DNA of 64,000 nucleotides. It comes from a plasmid. Positions 28,176-38,668 of this stretch are shown here, piece after piece. The notes under the pieces are model-generated. The model saw only the letters and a program-made list of their open reading frames with translations, made no database searches and had not been told where the DNA came from. Position 1 is the stretch's first letter; each line of letters opens with the position of its first letter. The stretch lies in the sequence record NZ_CP019209.1; one strand, given 5' to 3'. The position numbers and the translations under genes are program-made.

Positions 28176-28400
28176 AAAAATTAATTAAAGACTTAGATAA
28201 AGCCATTGACGACTTAGTCGTGGTGCTACCGGAGTATCAATGTTTAACCAGTATCCCAGGTATTGGTCCTGTTTAGGCTGCTGGAATACTCGCTGAAATT
28301 GGTCCAATTGAACGTTTTTCTGATGAAATAAAATTGACAAAGTATGCCGGCCTATATTGGCGACAGAGTCAATCCGGTAAATCTGAATACGAAAATTTTT
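28176..28400 (+). pseudogene. IS110-family transposase C-terminal fragment (in-frame stop)
   Basis: …VLPEYQCLTSIPGIGPV*AAGILAEIGPIERFSDEIKLTKYAGLYWRQSQSG…, a conserved IS110 C-terminal block interrupted by TAG. Confidence 0.45.
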
Positions 28401-28524
28401 TTACGAAAAGCTTCACGTCTAATATCTATTTTAAAATAAAAATATTCCTGCTAATTTGGAATCGTTTCCTTCTTTTGGTATAATAATACCTGAAATTCTT
28501 TTGAGAGGAGTTGTTCGTGAAGTG

Positions 28525-29493
28525 AAAACTACTATGAAGGATGTTGCTGCGTTAGCAGGAGTTGGTGTGGGTACGGTATCTAGAGTAATAAATGGAGTAA
28601 AGGTGAAAGAGGTTACCAAAGAAAAAGTAATGGCTGCAATTAGTGAGCTTAATTATGAGCCTGATGAATATGCCAGAGGTATGAAAACGAATAGTAGCAA
28701 TACAATAGCTCTTATTTTACCTACGATTTGGCATCCCTTCTTTTCCGAGTTTGCCTACTATGTAGAGGAAGCTCTCAGCCAAAAAAATTATAAGCTTTTT
28801 TTGTGTAATGCGAACGGCAGTGCGGAAAAAGAAAAAGAATATATCCAAATGGTCAAGCAGAGTAAAGTAGACGGAATTATAGGTATTACCTATTCAGACA
28901 TTGATAAATATGTATCATCAAATTTACCATTTGTCAGTATAGACCGCCATTTTTCGGAACAGGTTTCTTATGTAACGGCAGATAATTATTTAGGTGGGCA
29001 AATTGCCGCTCAAGAACTACTTACTCGTAACTGTAAAAACTTGTGCTATGTTGGGGGTGTTTCACCTTACCCTAACGAAACAAACAATCGTAAAGCTGGT
29101 TTTTACAATATTTGTGAGGAAAATAAAATAGCTGTGAAGGTATTGGATATGCCTGAACCAATTAGCAATTTAGAGGAACAATTGCTCGCTTTTTTTTCGG
29201 ATAATCCTGAAATTGATAGCATTTTTACCATCAATGATTTCATGGCTTTGGATGTGATAAAAGCCCAAAAAAAACTAGGGAAGGAAGCACCTAAGGATTT
29301 TCAAATTATTGGTTTTGATGGAGTCAAGCTATCGTTGCAAAAAGACTATTTACTATCAACGATTGTACAGCCGATAGAGGAAATGGCCAAGGTTTCAGTA
29401 GAAACACTCATGGCGATGATTTTAAATGAAGAACCGCCTAAGCGTGTGGTAGTACCGGTTTTCTTTCACGCTGGAGAGACGACTAAAGAGTAA
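28525..29493 (+). CDS. LacI-family transcriptional regulator
   Basis: MKDVAALAGVGVGTVSRVINGV… HTH followed by a periplasmic-binding-protein-like effector domain. Start taken at the internal Met, not the ORF-track start at 28456. Confidence 0.75.
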   Translation, partial: KTTMKDVAALAGVGVGTVSRVINGVKVKEVTKEKVMAAISELNYEPDEYARGMKTNSSNTIALILPTIWHPFFSEFAYYVEEALSQKNYKLFLCNANGSAEKEKEYIQMVKQSKVDGIIGITYSDIDKYVSSNLPFVSIDRHFSEQVSYVTADNYLGGQIAAQELLTRNCKNLCYVGGVSPYPNETNNRKAGFYNICEENKIAVKVLDMPEPISNLEEQLLAFFSDNPEIDSIFTINDFMALDVIKAQKKLGKEAPKDFQIIGFDGVKLSLQKDYLLSTIVQPIEEMAKVSVETLMAMILNEEPPKRVVVPVFFHAGETTKE

Positions 29494-29562
29494 AAAACCG
29501 GTTTATAACGATTTTTTTGAGATAGGTTGACAGAAAGTGATTTCAATGATATCTTAAAACCA

Positions 29563-29616
29563 ATTAATTGGAAACGTTACCAATTAATTGAAAAATAAAA
29601 CGGAAACGTTTCAAAA
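29563..29616. promoter_or_regulatory. Two palindromic LacI/cre-like operators upstream of the ABC-transporter genes
   Basis: AATTGGAAACGTTACCAATT and AACGGAAACGTTTCAAAA are both palindromes centred on AACGTT. They lie just downstream of a TTGACA…TATCTT promoter. Confidence 0.4.
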
Positions 29617-29632
29617 AATAGGAGGAACATCG

Positions 29633-30946
29633 ATGAAAAAGAGAATGTTAGCAATTGCAGCAATTTTAGCATTAACAGCTGGAGGACTTGCAGGATGTGG
29701 CAGTAAGGAGAAAAGTTCAGGTAGCAGTGATCCAGGAGAAATTAAGATTTGGGTTCAGTTTTCTGATGAAACGCCTGAAGGAAAAGCTTGGGCAGAGATT
29801 GTGAACAATTTTAATGATGAATACGAGGGTGAATATAAAGCTGTTACTGAGTATATTCCTCGTAGCGGAAGCGGCGGTGGATATGAGGATAAAGTAAATG
29901 CTGCAATTACAACCAATACCCTTCCTGATGTTATTACGTTAGATGGACCGAATACTGCAGCTTATGCTCATTCAGGAGTCATTGCTCCATTAGATGATTA
30001 TTTGAAAGATGCGGACATGGATGATGTATTAGACAGCATTATTCAGCAAGGAACCTACGATGGCAAAATGTATGCGTTTGGTTTCTCAGAGTCCAGTGTG
30101 GGTGTCTATTACAATAAGTCGCTGTTCAAAGATGCTGGAATTACAGAAGATCAATTGCCGACGTTAGAAGATCCTTGGACTTGGACGGAATTTCAAGCAA
30201 TTTGCCAAAAGCTGACTGATAAATACAAAACGCCTGCAATTGATATGCAAATGGCGTCGGGAGACGAAATGCTGACCTACGCATATACACCATTTATATG
30301 GTCGAATGGCGGCGATGTCGTTAATGCTGATGGAACCAAAGCCGAAGACTATTTTAACGGTAAAAAATCCGTTGAAGCGTTGGAATTTATTCAAGAATTG
30401 GTTGAAAAAGGTTACACCACAATCAGTCCTATTGAAAAAGGATTTGAAACTGGCAAATATGCCATGATGCTGAGCGGTTCTTGGACAATGGCAGATTTAG
30501 AGGAAAACTATCAAGAGATTGATTATGGTATTTTGCCTTACCCCGTTTCAGATGCAACTGGGGAGTTAGTTTCACCAACCGGAAGCTGGCAGTTAGCAAT
30601 GACTGAGAAAACAGAGAAAAAGGATGCTTCTGCGGCCTTTATTAAGTTTGCAACCAGTACAGAATCTAGTCGTATTATGAGTTTAGGGAACAGTGTTCTA
30701 CCTATCAGAAATTCAACAGTTGATTTAATTAAAGATGAAGTGTCGGAAGGAATGCAGGTATTAATTAAGCAAAACCAACTTTCTGGACATGCCCGCCCAG
30801 TGGTTGTAGCTTATCCGCAAGTATCTAGAGCATTCCAACAAGCAGTTCAAGATATTAGCTACTTCGAGGAAAACCCAGATGTACAAAAAGTAGCAGATAG
30901 TCGCGCTGCTGAAATGCAACAGGCAATTGATACTTCACTAAAATAG
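29633..30946 (+). CDS. ABC-transporter extracellular sugar-binding lipoprotein
   Basis: Lipoprotein signal MKKRMLAIAAILALTAGGLAGCGS, then a family-1 solute-binding fold. Start is the internal Met at 29633. Confidence 0.75.
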   Translation: MKKRMLAIAAILALTAGGLAGCGSKEKSSGSSDPGEIKIWVQFSDETPEGKAWAEIVNNFNDEYEGEYKAVTEYIPRSGSGGGYEDKVNAAITTNTLPDVITLDGPNTAAYAHSGVIAPLDDYLKDADMDDVLDSIIQQGTYDGKMYAFGFSESSVGVYYNKSLFKDAGITEDQLPTLEDPWTWTEFQAICQKLTDKYKTPAIDMQMASGDEMLTYAYTPFIWSNGGDVVNADGTKAEDYFNGKKSVEALEFIQELVEKGYTTISPIEKGFETGKYAMMLSGSWTMADLEENYQEIDYGILPYPVSDATGELVSPTGSWQLAMTEKTEKKDASAAFIKFATSTESSRIMSLGNSVLPIRNSTVDLIKDEVSEGMQVLIKQNQLSGHARPVVVAYPQVSRAFQQAVQDISYFEENPDVQKVADSRAAEMQQAIDTSLK

Positions 30947-30970
30947 AAGTTTCTAAAGGGGGCCAATCAA

Positions 30971-31855
30971 GTGTTAAAAAAACCGACAATGAAAGACAAT
31001 TTGATAGGTTACGGCTTTCTAGCGCCAGCTTTGCTGCTGCTGACGATTTTTCTGATCATACCCGTAATCATGGTAATTTATTATGCCTTTACTGATTATT
31101 ATTTGTTAACGCCAGATGCTAGACAATTTATCGGCTTAGAAAATTTTAAGCGACTGTTCGCTGATCCAATTTTTGTAAAAAGTATTTGGAACACGGCTAA
31201 ATTTGTTGTTTGGATTATTCCGGTCCAAATAGGGGCAGCTTTAGGAATGGCACTTATTATCAACAAAAATCGTAAAGGAAATATCTTTTTTAAAGTAGCC
31301 TTTTTTGCGCCAGTCGTGATGTCCTTAGTCGTTATTTCGATTTTATGGTTGTACTTGTTAAATCCTAATGAAGGTCTGGTTAATACGCTATTTGCAAAGA
31401 TTGGAATTGCTTCGCAGCCTTTTTTGACTAGTCCCAAACAAGCAATGTATACGCTTGTTTTCGTATCGGCATGGCAAGGTGCAGGATATCAGATGCTGCT
31501 GTTTTTAGGGGGAATGCAAAATATTCCGCAAGACGTTTATGAGGCAGCCGAAATTGATGGTTTTTCTAAGTTTCAGCAATTTCGCTATATCACCATGCCA
31601 TTATTAAAGCCCACGGCGATTTTTATTTTACTTACCACATTGATTTCGGCCTTTAAACTAATCATTCAGCCAATGGTAATGACTCAAGGTGGACCAATGA
31701 ATTCTACTATGACAATGGTTTATTACATTTACCAAACTGGATTTACAGACCGTATGGTAGGCTACTCCAGCTCCATTGCGTTAATCTTTACCACTATGAT
31801 TGGTTTAATTACAATTGCTCAAAGAAAATTGGTAAAGGAGGATGATCCAGCATGA
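30971..31855 (+). CDS. ABC sugar-transporter permease (MalF/UgpA-type)
   Basis: Six transmembrane segments with an EAA loop motif (…EAAEIDGFSKFQQFRYITMP…). Confidence 0.8.
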   Translation: MLKKPTMKDNLIGYGFLAPALLLLTIFLIIPVIMVIYYAFTDYYLLTPDARQFIGLENFKRLFADPIFVKSIWNTAKFVVWIIPVQIGAALGMALIINKNRKGNIFFKVAFFAPVVMSLVVISILWLYLLNPNEGLVNTLFAKIGIASQPFLTSPKQAMYTLVFVSAWQGAGYQMLLFLGGMQNIPQDVYEAAEIDGFSKFQQFRYITMPLLKPTAIFILLTTLISAFKLIIQPMVMTQGGPMNSTMTMVYYIYQTGFTDRMVGYSSSIALIFTTMIGLITIAQRKLVKEDDPA

Positions 31856-32700
31856 CCAAGAAATTTGGACCGCTAATGATCGTAGAATATTGTTTGCTGT
31901 TCCTTTTAGCGGCATTATTCATTTTCCCGATGCTGTGGATGGTAGTTTCCTCTATGAAGCCTGAAGCAGATGTCTATCAAAATTTAGCTTCCTTCAAAGC
32001 TTTTTTACCTAGTTTGAATCCAGCTAATTGGTTTAAAACTTATCAAGAGGTTATTTCCCGGTTCAGTGTGGGAACTTATTTATTAAACAGTATTTTTTAT
32101 GGTTTAACCTTTGCCTGTGGGTCAATCATTGTAAACTCTTTGGCGGGTTTTGCCTTTGCGAAGGTTAATTTTTCAGGCAAGAAAATTATCTTTGGAGCTT
32201 TGTTAGCTCTGCTGATTGTCCCGATGGAGACGGTTTTAATTCCGCAATTTACCATCGTTAATTCACTAGGCTTAGTGAATACTCGCTTGGCAGTGATTTT
32301 ACCAGCGATGGCCAGCGCGTTTAATATCTATCTGTTTAGAAATTTCTTTATCGCGATTCCAGAAGAAATCATTGAATCAGCGAAATTAGATGGTGCAAAT
32401 ATTGTTAAAATTTTCTTTCACATCATGCTGCCAATGTCTAAACCAGCCATAGCCACAGTAGGTGTCTTATCCTTTATCTCCAGCTGGAATGATTATATTT
32501 GGCCGTTAATGGTCTTAACTGACAGCAGCAAATTTTCAATGCAAGTGGCAATTACTACGATCAATACTACACAGCCAGTTTATATCAATCAAGTGATGGC
32601 TGTTTTAACCATTGCAACGATTCCACTGATTATTGTTTATATCGTTGCACAAAAATATATTCTGCAGGGACTTGGCGGTTCTGGAACGGGTATAAAATAG
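31852..32700 (+). CDS. ABC sugar-transporter permease (MalG/UgpE-type)
   Basis: EAA motif (…ESAKLDGANIVKIFFHIMLPMSKPA…) and translational coupling to the upstream permease. Confidence 0.8.
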   Translation: MTKKFGPLMIVEYCLLFLLAALFIFPMLWMVVSSMKPEADVYQNLASFKAFLPSLNPANWFKTYQEVISRFSVGTYLLNSIFYGLTFACGSIIVNSLAGFAFAKVNFSGKKIIFGALLALLIVPMETVLIPQFTIVNSLGLVNTRLAVILPAMASAFNIYLFRNFFIAIPEEIIESAKLDGANIVKIFFHIMLPMSKPAIATVGVLSFISSWNDYIWPLMVLTDSSKFSMQVAITTINTTQPVYINQVMAVLTIATIPLIIVYIVAQKYILQGLGGSGTGIK

Positions 32701-32713
32701 GAGTGAATAGTGA

Positions 32714-34186
32714 ATGTTGCAAAAACTTTTAAAGGCCAATGAGTTTATTGAGAAAAATGCTCAAACAGTCAATCAAGAATACCGGAATAAATTTCATTTG
32801 ATGGCTCCGATTGGCTGGATGAATGATCCAAATGGTTTTGTTTATTATCAAGAGGAGTATCACTTGTTTTATCAATATTATCCTTACGACAGCATCTGGG
32901 GACCAATGCATTGGGGCCATGCTAAAAGCAAGGATCTAATTCACTGGGAGCATTTGCCAGTAGCACTGGCACCAGGTGAAAGCTATGACAAGGAAGGCTG
33001 TTTTTCCGGCAGTGCCATAGAAAAGGATGGCAAGCTGTATTTGATTTATACAGGACACAATGTTGTGGAAGGGCAAGTTCGACAAGTTCAGTGTTTGGCA
33101 GTTTCAGAAGATGGCATTCACTTTGAAAAATATGCCGGAAATCCAATCATCGCAGAAGATCACTTAGCTTCTGTTGCAACGACCGAAGATTTCCGCGATC
33201 CCAAAGTGTTTCAGCGAAAAGAAGACTATTTTACTGTAGTCGCTACTAAAACTGCAGATGCTCGTGGACAAATTGTGATGTTCCATTCCAAAGATTTACT
33301 AACTTGGGAGTTTTATTCCGTATTGCTGGAGGGAACTCCAGAACAAGGCATTGTATGGGAATGCCCAGACTTGTTTGAACTAGATGGCAAAGAAGTCTTG
33401 ATTCTTTCTCCTATTCAAATGACTCCACAAGGCAATGCTTACCAAAATACGAACTCAACTGTTGCTTTCATCGGTACTGTCGATTGGCAAACAGGCAAAT
33501 TTCTAGTAGAGAATTTTCATGAAATCGATGGCGGTTTAGATTTTTATGCACCCCAGACCTGTGAAAACGAAGCAGGCCAAAGAATAATGATTGCTTGGAT
33601 GCAAATGTGGCAGCGTAAAATACCTACGAATGATCTGGGCCATGGTTGGTCAGGTTCCATGACCTTGCCTAGAGAGCTGAGGGTGGCTGATAATCAATTG
33701 TTGCAACGGCCAGTTTCATCAATTTATCAAGTAATTGATCCGCAGGAAAGGATTGAATGGGCGAAGACTGAAGAGAATCGCTTCTTACTGAAGGACTTAG
33801 TATATGACCAGCACTATTTACGCTTGGAAATCAATTTAAAACAGGCAACGAAACTAGAACTTCACTATGCGAAGGGACCCGACCATACATTACTGCTTAA
33901 CTATGATGTTGAACGGGAGTGCTTTACTGCTTCCAGGGAACACATGCCGTATGATTTATCAGGAGCTGAAAAGGAAGTGTTGAAAAAGCGCAGTGTGACG
34001 ATTCCTTTGGAAAATAATTGTCTAACCATCGAAATTTTCCGTGATACTTCAGCTATTGAGCTTTTTCTAAATGATCGTCTGACTATGAGTACAACTTTTT
34101 ATGAGACAGAAAAAGGACAGGATTTTCTTTTGCTGGCAGACAGTGAAGTAACCTTTTCATTGGAAAGCGGCTTAATTAATCTATAG
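32714..34186 (+). CDS. GH32 beta-fructofuranosidase / sucrose-6-phosphate hydrolase
   Basis: WMNDPNG, FRDPKV and WECPD motifs of glycoside hydrolase family 32. Confidence 0.8.
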   Translation: MLQKLLKANEFIEKNAQTVNQEYRNKFHLMAPIGWMNDPNGFVYYQEEYHLFYQYYPYDSIWGPMHWGHAKSKDLIHWEHLPVALAPGESYDKEGCFSGSAIEKDGKLYLIYTGHNVVEGQVRQVQCLAVSEDGIHFEKYAGNPIIAEDHLASVATTEDFRDPKVFQRKEDYFTVVATKTADARGQIVMFHSKDLLTWEFYSVLLEGTPEQGIVWECPDLFELDGKEVLILSPIQMTPQGNAYQNTNSTVAFIGTVDWQTGKFLVENFHEIDGGLDFYAPQTCENEAGQRIMIAWMQMWQRKIPTNDLGHGWSGSMTLPRELRVADNQLLQRPVSSIYQVIDPQERIEWAKTEENRFLLKDLVYDQHYLRLEINLKQATKLELHYAKGPDHTLLLNYDVERECFTASREHMPYDLSGAEKEVLKKRSVTIPLENNCLTIEIFRDTSAIELFLNDRLTMSTTFYETEKGQDFLLLADSEVTFSLESGLINL

Positions 34187-34199
34187 AAGGGAGAGCTCA

Positions 34200-35075
34200 G
34201 TGATGATTTATGGTTCAATCGAAGCAGGCGGCACAAAATTTGTGTGTGCCATTAGCGATGAAGAAATGACGATCAAGGAAAGAGTGAGCTTTCCGACAAC
34301 GACACCTGAGGAAACAATACCTTTAGTCATTGACTTCTTCAAACAATACCAAGCAGATTTAGCAGGGATTGGGATTGGCTCATTTGGGCCTATCGATATC
34401 CATCGCGATTCCGCCACTTATGGGTACATTACCTCGACCCCGAAAGTGGCATGGCAAAATTTTGATTTCATCGGTACCATGAAAAAAGAATTTCCGATCC
34501 CGATTTCTTGGACAACAGATGTCAATGCGGCTGCCTATGGTGAGTATGTCTTCGGCAGTGGCAAAGGATTGAGCAGTGTCGTTTACTATACGATCGGTAC
34601 GGGTGTTGGCGGCGGTGCCTTACAAGAAGGGCGCTTTATCGAAGGGTTTAGTCATCCAGAAATGGGGCATATGCTCGTCGTCCCTCATCCAAAAGATGAC
34701 TTTGCTGGCAGCTGTCCATTTCATGGCAACTGTTTAGAAGGGATGGCCGCTGGACCCGCCATCGAAAAACGCTTAGGGAAAAAAGGACAAGAGGTTGCAG
34801 AAGATGATCCTTATTGGGAAATCGAAGCCTCCTATATTGCTCAATGTGCCTACAATACAACCTTGATGTTTTCTCCAGATGTGATCATTTTTGGCGGTGG
34901 TGTGATGAAACAACGCCATATGCTGCAAAACGTCCACGACGCATTTGCAAAATTGGTCAATGGGTATGTCGAAACACCTGAGTTAAGCAAATATATCGTG
35001 ACCCCAGCATTAGAAGACAACGCTGGAACGCTCGGTTGTTTGGCATTGGCTCGAGAAGCGGTCTTACATTCATAA
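34200..35075 (+). CDS. ROK-family fructokinase
   Basis: N-terminal GGTKF, the ROK signature, and the cysteine/histidine zinc motif (…HPEMGHMLV…CPFHGNCLEG…). Confidence 0.75.
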   Translation: MMIYGSIEAGGTKFVCAISDEEMTIKERVSFPTTTPEETIPLVIDFFKQYQADLAGIGIGSFGPIDIHRDSATYGYITSTPKVAWQNFDFIGTMKKEFPIPISWTTDVNAAAYGEYVFGSGKGLSSVVYYTIGTGVGGGALQEGRFIEGFSHPEMGHMLVVPHPKDDFAGSCPFHGNCLEGMAAGPAIEKRLGKKGQEVAEDDPYWEIEASYIAQCAYNTTLMFSPDVIIFGGGVMKQRHMLQNVHDAFAKLVNGYVETPELSKYIVTPALEDNAGTLGCLALAREAVLHS

Positions 35076-35310
35076 ACGAAAAAAGGCTCTTCGACATTTA
35101 GTGTTGGTAGAGAAAGATACAACTGAAAATTTAGTCATAACCAGTTAGGCAGAGTGCTTAACTGGTTTTTGTTTTACTTGGAAGATCAAGCCTTGAATGA
35201 GATAAGTTCTTGCTCGAAAGTTATGGAAATTTCGATAGCCGTAGGCTACTTGTATTGTGCAATAGTTTTTTACAAAAAAAAGGGGGTGCGGATATTTTTT
35301 TTGGACCTTT

Positions 35311-35936
35311 TTAACAAATATATCTTTGCTTCTTCCGATATTGAAGAGGGCTTAGCCTTCCTAAAGATAACTTAATTCGTTGATTATTATACCAATGAAT
35401 ATAATCATCCAATTTGTTTATAAACTGATTGATTGTTGTATTCTTCCAGTCACGTTGATAAAACATCTCGTTTTTTAATCGTCCAAAGAAACCTTCGCAC
35501 GCTGAATTATCTGGTGAATAACTCTTTTTAGACATAGAGTGAAGCAAGTTGGCTTTGTTCCAATAGTCCAACTAACAATAGCACCATCGTAACAATCGAC
35601 AAGTGGTGATAAGTAGATTTTCCCTGCGAGAATTCTAAATTCAGTAATATCTGTTAACCATTTTTCATTTGGCTTCTTTGCTTTAAAATTCCGATTTAAT
35701 AAATTGGGGTGTGCAGGAGAAATTTCCCCAGCATACGAAGAATACTTTTTTCGTCTAGAAAATTTAACAAATAGATTTTCCTCAGTCATCAATCTACGTA
35801 CAACTTTTTCAGAAAGCTTTTTACCCATATTTTTTAAAGCTTGGTGAATTCTACGGTAACCATACGCACAGAAGTTATGATTGAAAATCGTGATAATTAA
35901 TTTGACGTTCTTTGTAATACTTATCTGGTTTCTCAA
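35311..35936 (-). pseudogene. IS3-family OrfB (DDE integrase domain), frameshifted
   Basis: DDE-region hallmarks (…WLTDITEF…, …DNSACEGFFGRLKNEMFY…) are split between ORFs 35475-35936 and 35311-35571 in different frames. Confidence 0.6.
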
Positions 35937-36693
35937 GTGCTTGTTTTTGATAAAAATAGCTGCTTTTAGGAAACTGGAGCTGTTGAAGAAGCTCTTTCAA
36001 GGTGAACTGATTTCGTAAGGCATCAATCAATATCGTTTTTTCTTGATTTGATAGACAAAGAAGATTGACGCCTTTTTCTTTTTTTAGCAGTTCAGCCGCT
36101 CCTTCGAGTAATGCTTTTTCGAGCTGTAATTGGTGTACTTGTTTTTGTAAGTCTTCTACTTCCTTTAAAAGTAGCTCTTTTTGTTTTTCCTGATTTTTTA
36201 AAGTCATACACAATGGAAAATCCTTTCCAAGAACCGTGTTTTTCCATTGATATAGAGTAACTCTACTAATTCCTCCAGATTCGGCTAAATTTTTCCTATT
36301 AGTTTGCGGTTTATAGAATTTTTTCAACACAGCTTCTTTTTGATCTTGTGTTAACTTTACCGCACTTTTTCGGAGTTTTCTAGCTCCTGGTGCAAGTTCT
36401 TCACACCGCTGCCGCAAGGACTCTCTATTAGGATAACCAAGCATGCGAATGGTTCGTGCATAACATTGACCATATTCAAAATAATGATTCACCGCTATTC
36501 GTTTTTGTTCTTCAGAATACTTTGATTTTTTTCGGTGCTCCTGATGGAGCTCTCCGGATTCCAAATACTCTTTATACCATTTCCGTAGTGCACCAATCGA
36601 CGGATACCCTAATTCTCGAATGGTTGCAGCATAAGAGCAATCGTATTTTAAAAATAACTGAATTGCCCTTACACGCTCTTTGTGGGAAAACAC
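35875..36693 (-). CDS. IS3-family OrfA (HTH DNA-binding protein)
   Basis: 272 aa with HTH motifs and a leucine-zipper/coiled-coil C-terminus. Confidence 0.7.
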   Translation of the reverse strand: MFSHKERVRAIQLFLKYDCSYAATIRELGYPSIGALRKWYKEYLESGELHQEHRKKSKYSEEQKRIAVNHYFEYGQCYARTIRMLGYPNRESLRQRCEELAPGARKLRKSAVKLTQDQKEAVLKKFYKPQTNRKNLAESGGISRVTLYQWKNTVLGKDFPLCMTLKNQEKQKELLLKEVEDLQKQVHQLQLEKALLEGAAELLKKEKGVNLLCLSNQEKTILIDALRNQFTLKELLQQLQFPKSSYFYQKQALEKPDKYYKERQINYHDFQS

Positions 36694-37154
36694 ACGGACA
36701 TTCCTCCTAAGTTTATTTTTTCGTCCAGGATTATGTCCGCACCCCCTTGCTTTCTGATGACTTATTCTGGTTCTTTGAGTGTCAATGCATAGATGTGATG
36801 TAGCTAGTTAGAAAAAAATTTTGAATACTCTTTTTTTCTTTCAGACTCCTTTTTAAGTAAGATTTTGAAGTGTGAGTTACGGGGTCAGAAACTTAAAAGT
36901 TTTTGATCCTTTATTTTCAAGTCTGATTTGGCAGCTTTTCGGCAGCTCATTTATTTATGGTCAGAAATAGATGCTGAAATTTTAATCTATTAGCAAATAG
37001 TCCAGAACGTATGAAGAGGAGTCGGATATCATTTGTCATTAACACCATAAATATTTATAAAATTCGTGTTCACCTACAATTAAATTTAATATATAATATT
37101 CGTTGTAAGGGCTTATAATTTTTTGTTAATGAACAAGATAGGAAGAAACATTTA

Positions 37155-37436
37155 ATGGACAGTTTTCAGAGATTGTCACTAGTAAATCAATTTGAGTTAT
37201 TGGCTAAATTTGAGGACCAAAACAGATCTTATTATGAAAGAAAAATCGAAATATTGAGAGAAGGTTACGAGTATCATTATGATGATGAAATTTGGAGTGA
37301 TCTTTCTGAGCCATTTCCGAAAGAAGATTCTCGATTTGTATTAGATGTATTGAACATGTATCGAGATATCAATTTTAGTAAATCAAAGCTAAACTTAGAT
37401 GAAAACCAAATTACTAATTCATACTATACTCATTTC
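37155..37436 (+). pseudogene. YfbU-family (UPF0304) protein, N-terminal part, truncated by IS1216
   Basis: …FQRLSLVNQFELLAKFED…YERKIEILREGYEYHY… follows the YfbU pattern. The reading frame runs straight into the IS6 inverted repeat at 37437. Confidence 0.4.
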
Positions 37437-38244
37437 GGTTCTGTTGCAAAGTTTTCCAAAAAATCTATTTTAGTGTAAAATTGAGAAAAAAGACAGAGAG
37501 GACAGAGTAATGAATCATTTTAAAGGCAAACAATTCAAAAAAGACGTCATTATTGTCGCTGTTGGTTACTACCTGCGTTACAATCTAAGCTATCGTGAAG
37601 TTCAGGAATTGTGATATGATCGTGGAATAAATGTTTGTCATACTACGATTTATCGTTGGGTACAAGAGTACAGCAAAGTCCTCTATTATCTTTGGAAGAA
37701 GAAAAATAGACAATCCTTCTATTCATGGAAAATGGACGAAACCTATATCAAAATTAAGGGACGTTGGCATTATCTTTATCGTGCAATTGATGCGGACGGC
37801 TTAACCTTAGATATCTGGTTACGAAAGAAACGGGACACACAAGCAGCCTATGCTTTTCTTAAGCGGTTAGTGAAGCAGTTTGATGAACCGAAGGTTGTAG
37901 TCACAGATAAAGCCCCCTCTATTACAAGTGCCTTTAAGAAACTAAAAGAATACGGCTTTTATCAAGGGACAGAACATCGTACCATTAAATACCTGAATAA
38001 TTTGATTGAACAAGACCATCGTCCAGTAAAGAGACGCAATAAATTCTATCGAAGTTTACGCACTGCCTCTACCACGATTAAAGGCATGGAAGCCATTCGA
38101 GGATTATATAAGAAAACCCGAAAAGAAGGCACTCTCTTCGGGTTTTCGGTCTGTACTGAAATCAAGGTATTATTGGGAATCCCAGCTTAAATCATAGATA
38201 CCGTAAGGGATTTTATTCTTTATTTAAAACTTTGCAACAGAACC
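37437..38244 (+). mobile_element. Chimeric IS1216-like IS6 element, copy 3 (variant-B left part, variant-A right part; transposase has a nonsense mutation)
   Basis: The left 390 bp or so match variant B (as in copy 4, MNHFKGKQFKKDV…). The right 420 bp or so are identical to variant A (copies 1 and 2). The switch is near 37810-37830. A TGA replaces the TTA (Leu) codon at about 37613. Confidence 0.75.
37510..38190 (+). pseudogene. IS6 transposase, chimeric, with premature stop at codon about 35
   Basis: VQEL*YDRG here versus VQELLYDRG in copy 4. The ORF track reports only the 37732-38190 remainder. Confidence 0.7.
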
Positions 38245-38338
38245 CATTACGAGTCACAGTAATTACTTGTAAATACATTATCTCGTGGTATAATGTATTT
38301 ACTAAGTAATTACATACTGTTAGAAATGAGGGATTTAA

Positions 38339-38668
38339 ATGATTACAAAAACAAGAAAACAAGGCAATTCAATCATGTTGACAGTACCTAAAGATTTTAA
38401 TGTTCCTAATGGAGTCGAAGTTGAAGCAAAGTTGGTAGAGAATGGTATTCTTTATGAATTTGTTGAACCACAAAAAGAATTTTATGATTTTAGCGAAGAT
38501 ATTTTGTCTGATATAATTGCAGAAGGCTACGATAAAGATGAGATTCTTGTAGAATTTAAGAATAGAAAAAACAAAATGCATTCTTCCTTTAGAGATATTG
38601 CTGAAGATACACTTACTAATTCTAAAGTAATGACTAAAGAGGAGTTGGCAACAGAAATTGGCTTATGA
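38339..38668 (+). CDS. AbrB/MazE (SpoVT-AbrB fold) type II antitoxin
   Basis: N-terminus MITKTRKQGNSIMLTVPKDF is the swapped-hairpin AbrB/MazE signature. The gene overlaps the downstream RelE/ParE-like toxin start. Confidence 0.5.
   Translation: MITKTRKQGNSIMLTVPKDFNVPNGVEVEAKLVENGILYEFVEPQKEFYDFSEDILSDIIAEGYDKDEILVEFKNRKNKMHSSFRDIAEDTLTNSKVMTKEELATEIGL

Larger units (their letters stand above)
35282..36746 (-). mobile_element. IS3-family insertion sequence (orfA plus a frameshifted orfB)
   Basis: Terminal inverted repeats GGGGGTGCGGATAT… and …ATGTCCGCACCCCC. orfA (272 aa, two HTH) overlaps orfB, but orfB is split into two frames beyond the programmed -1 site, so the element is probably inactive. 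Confidence 0.65.
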
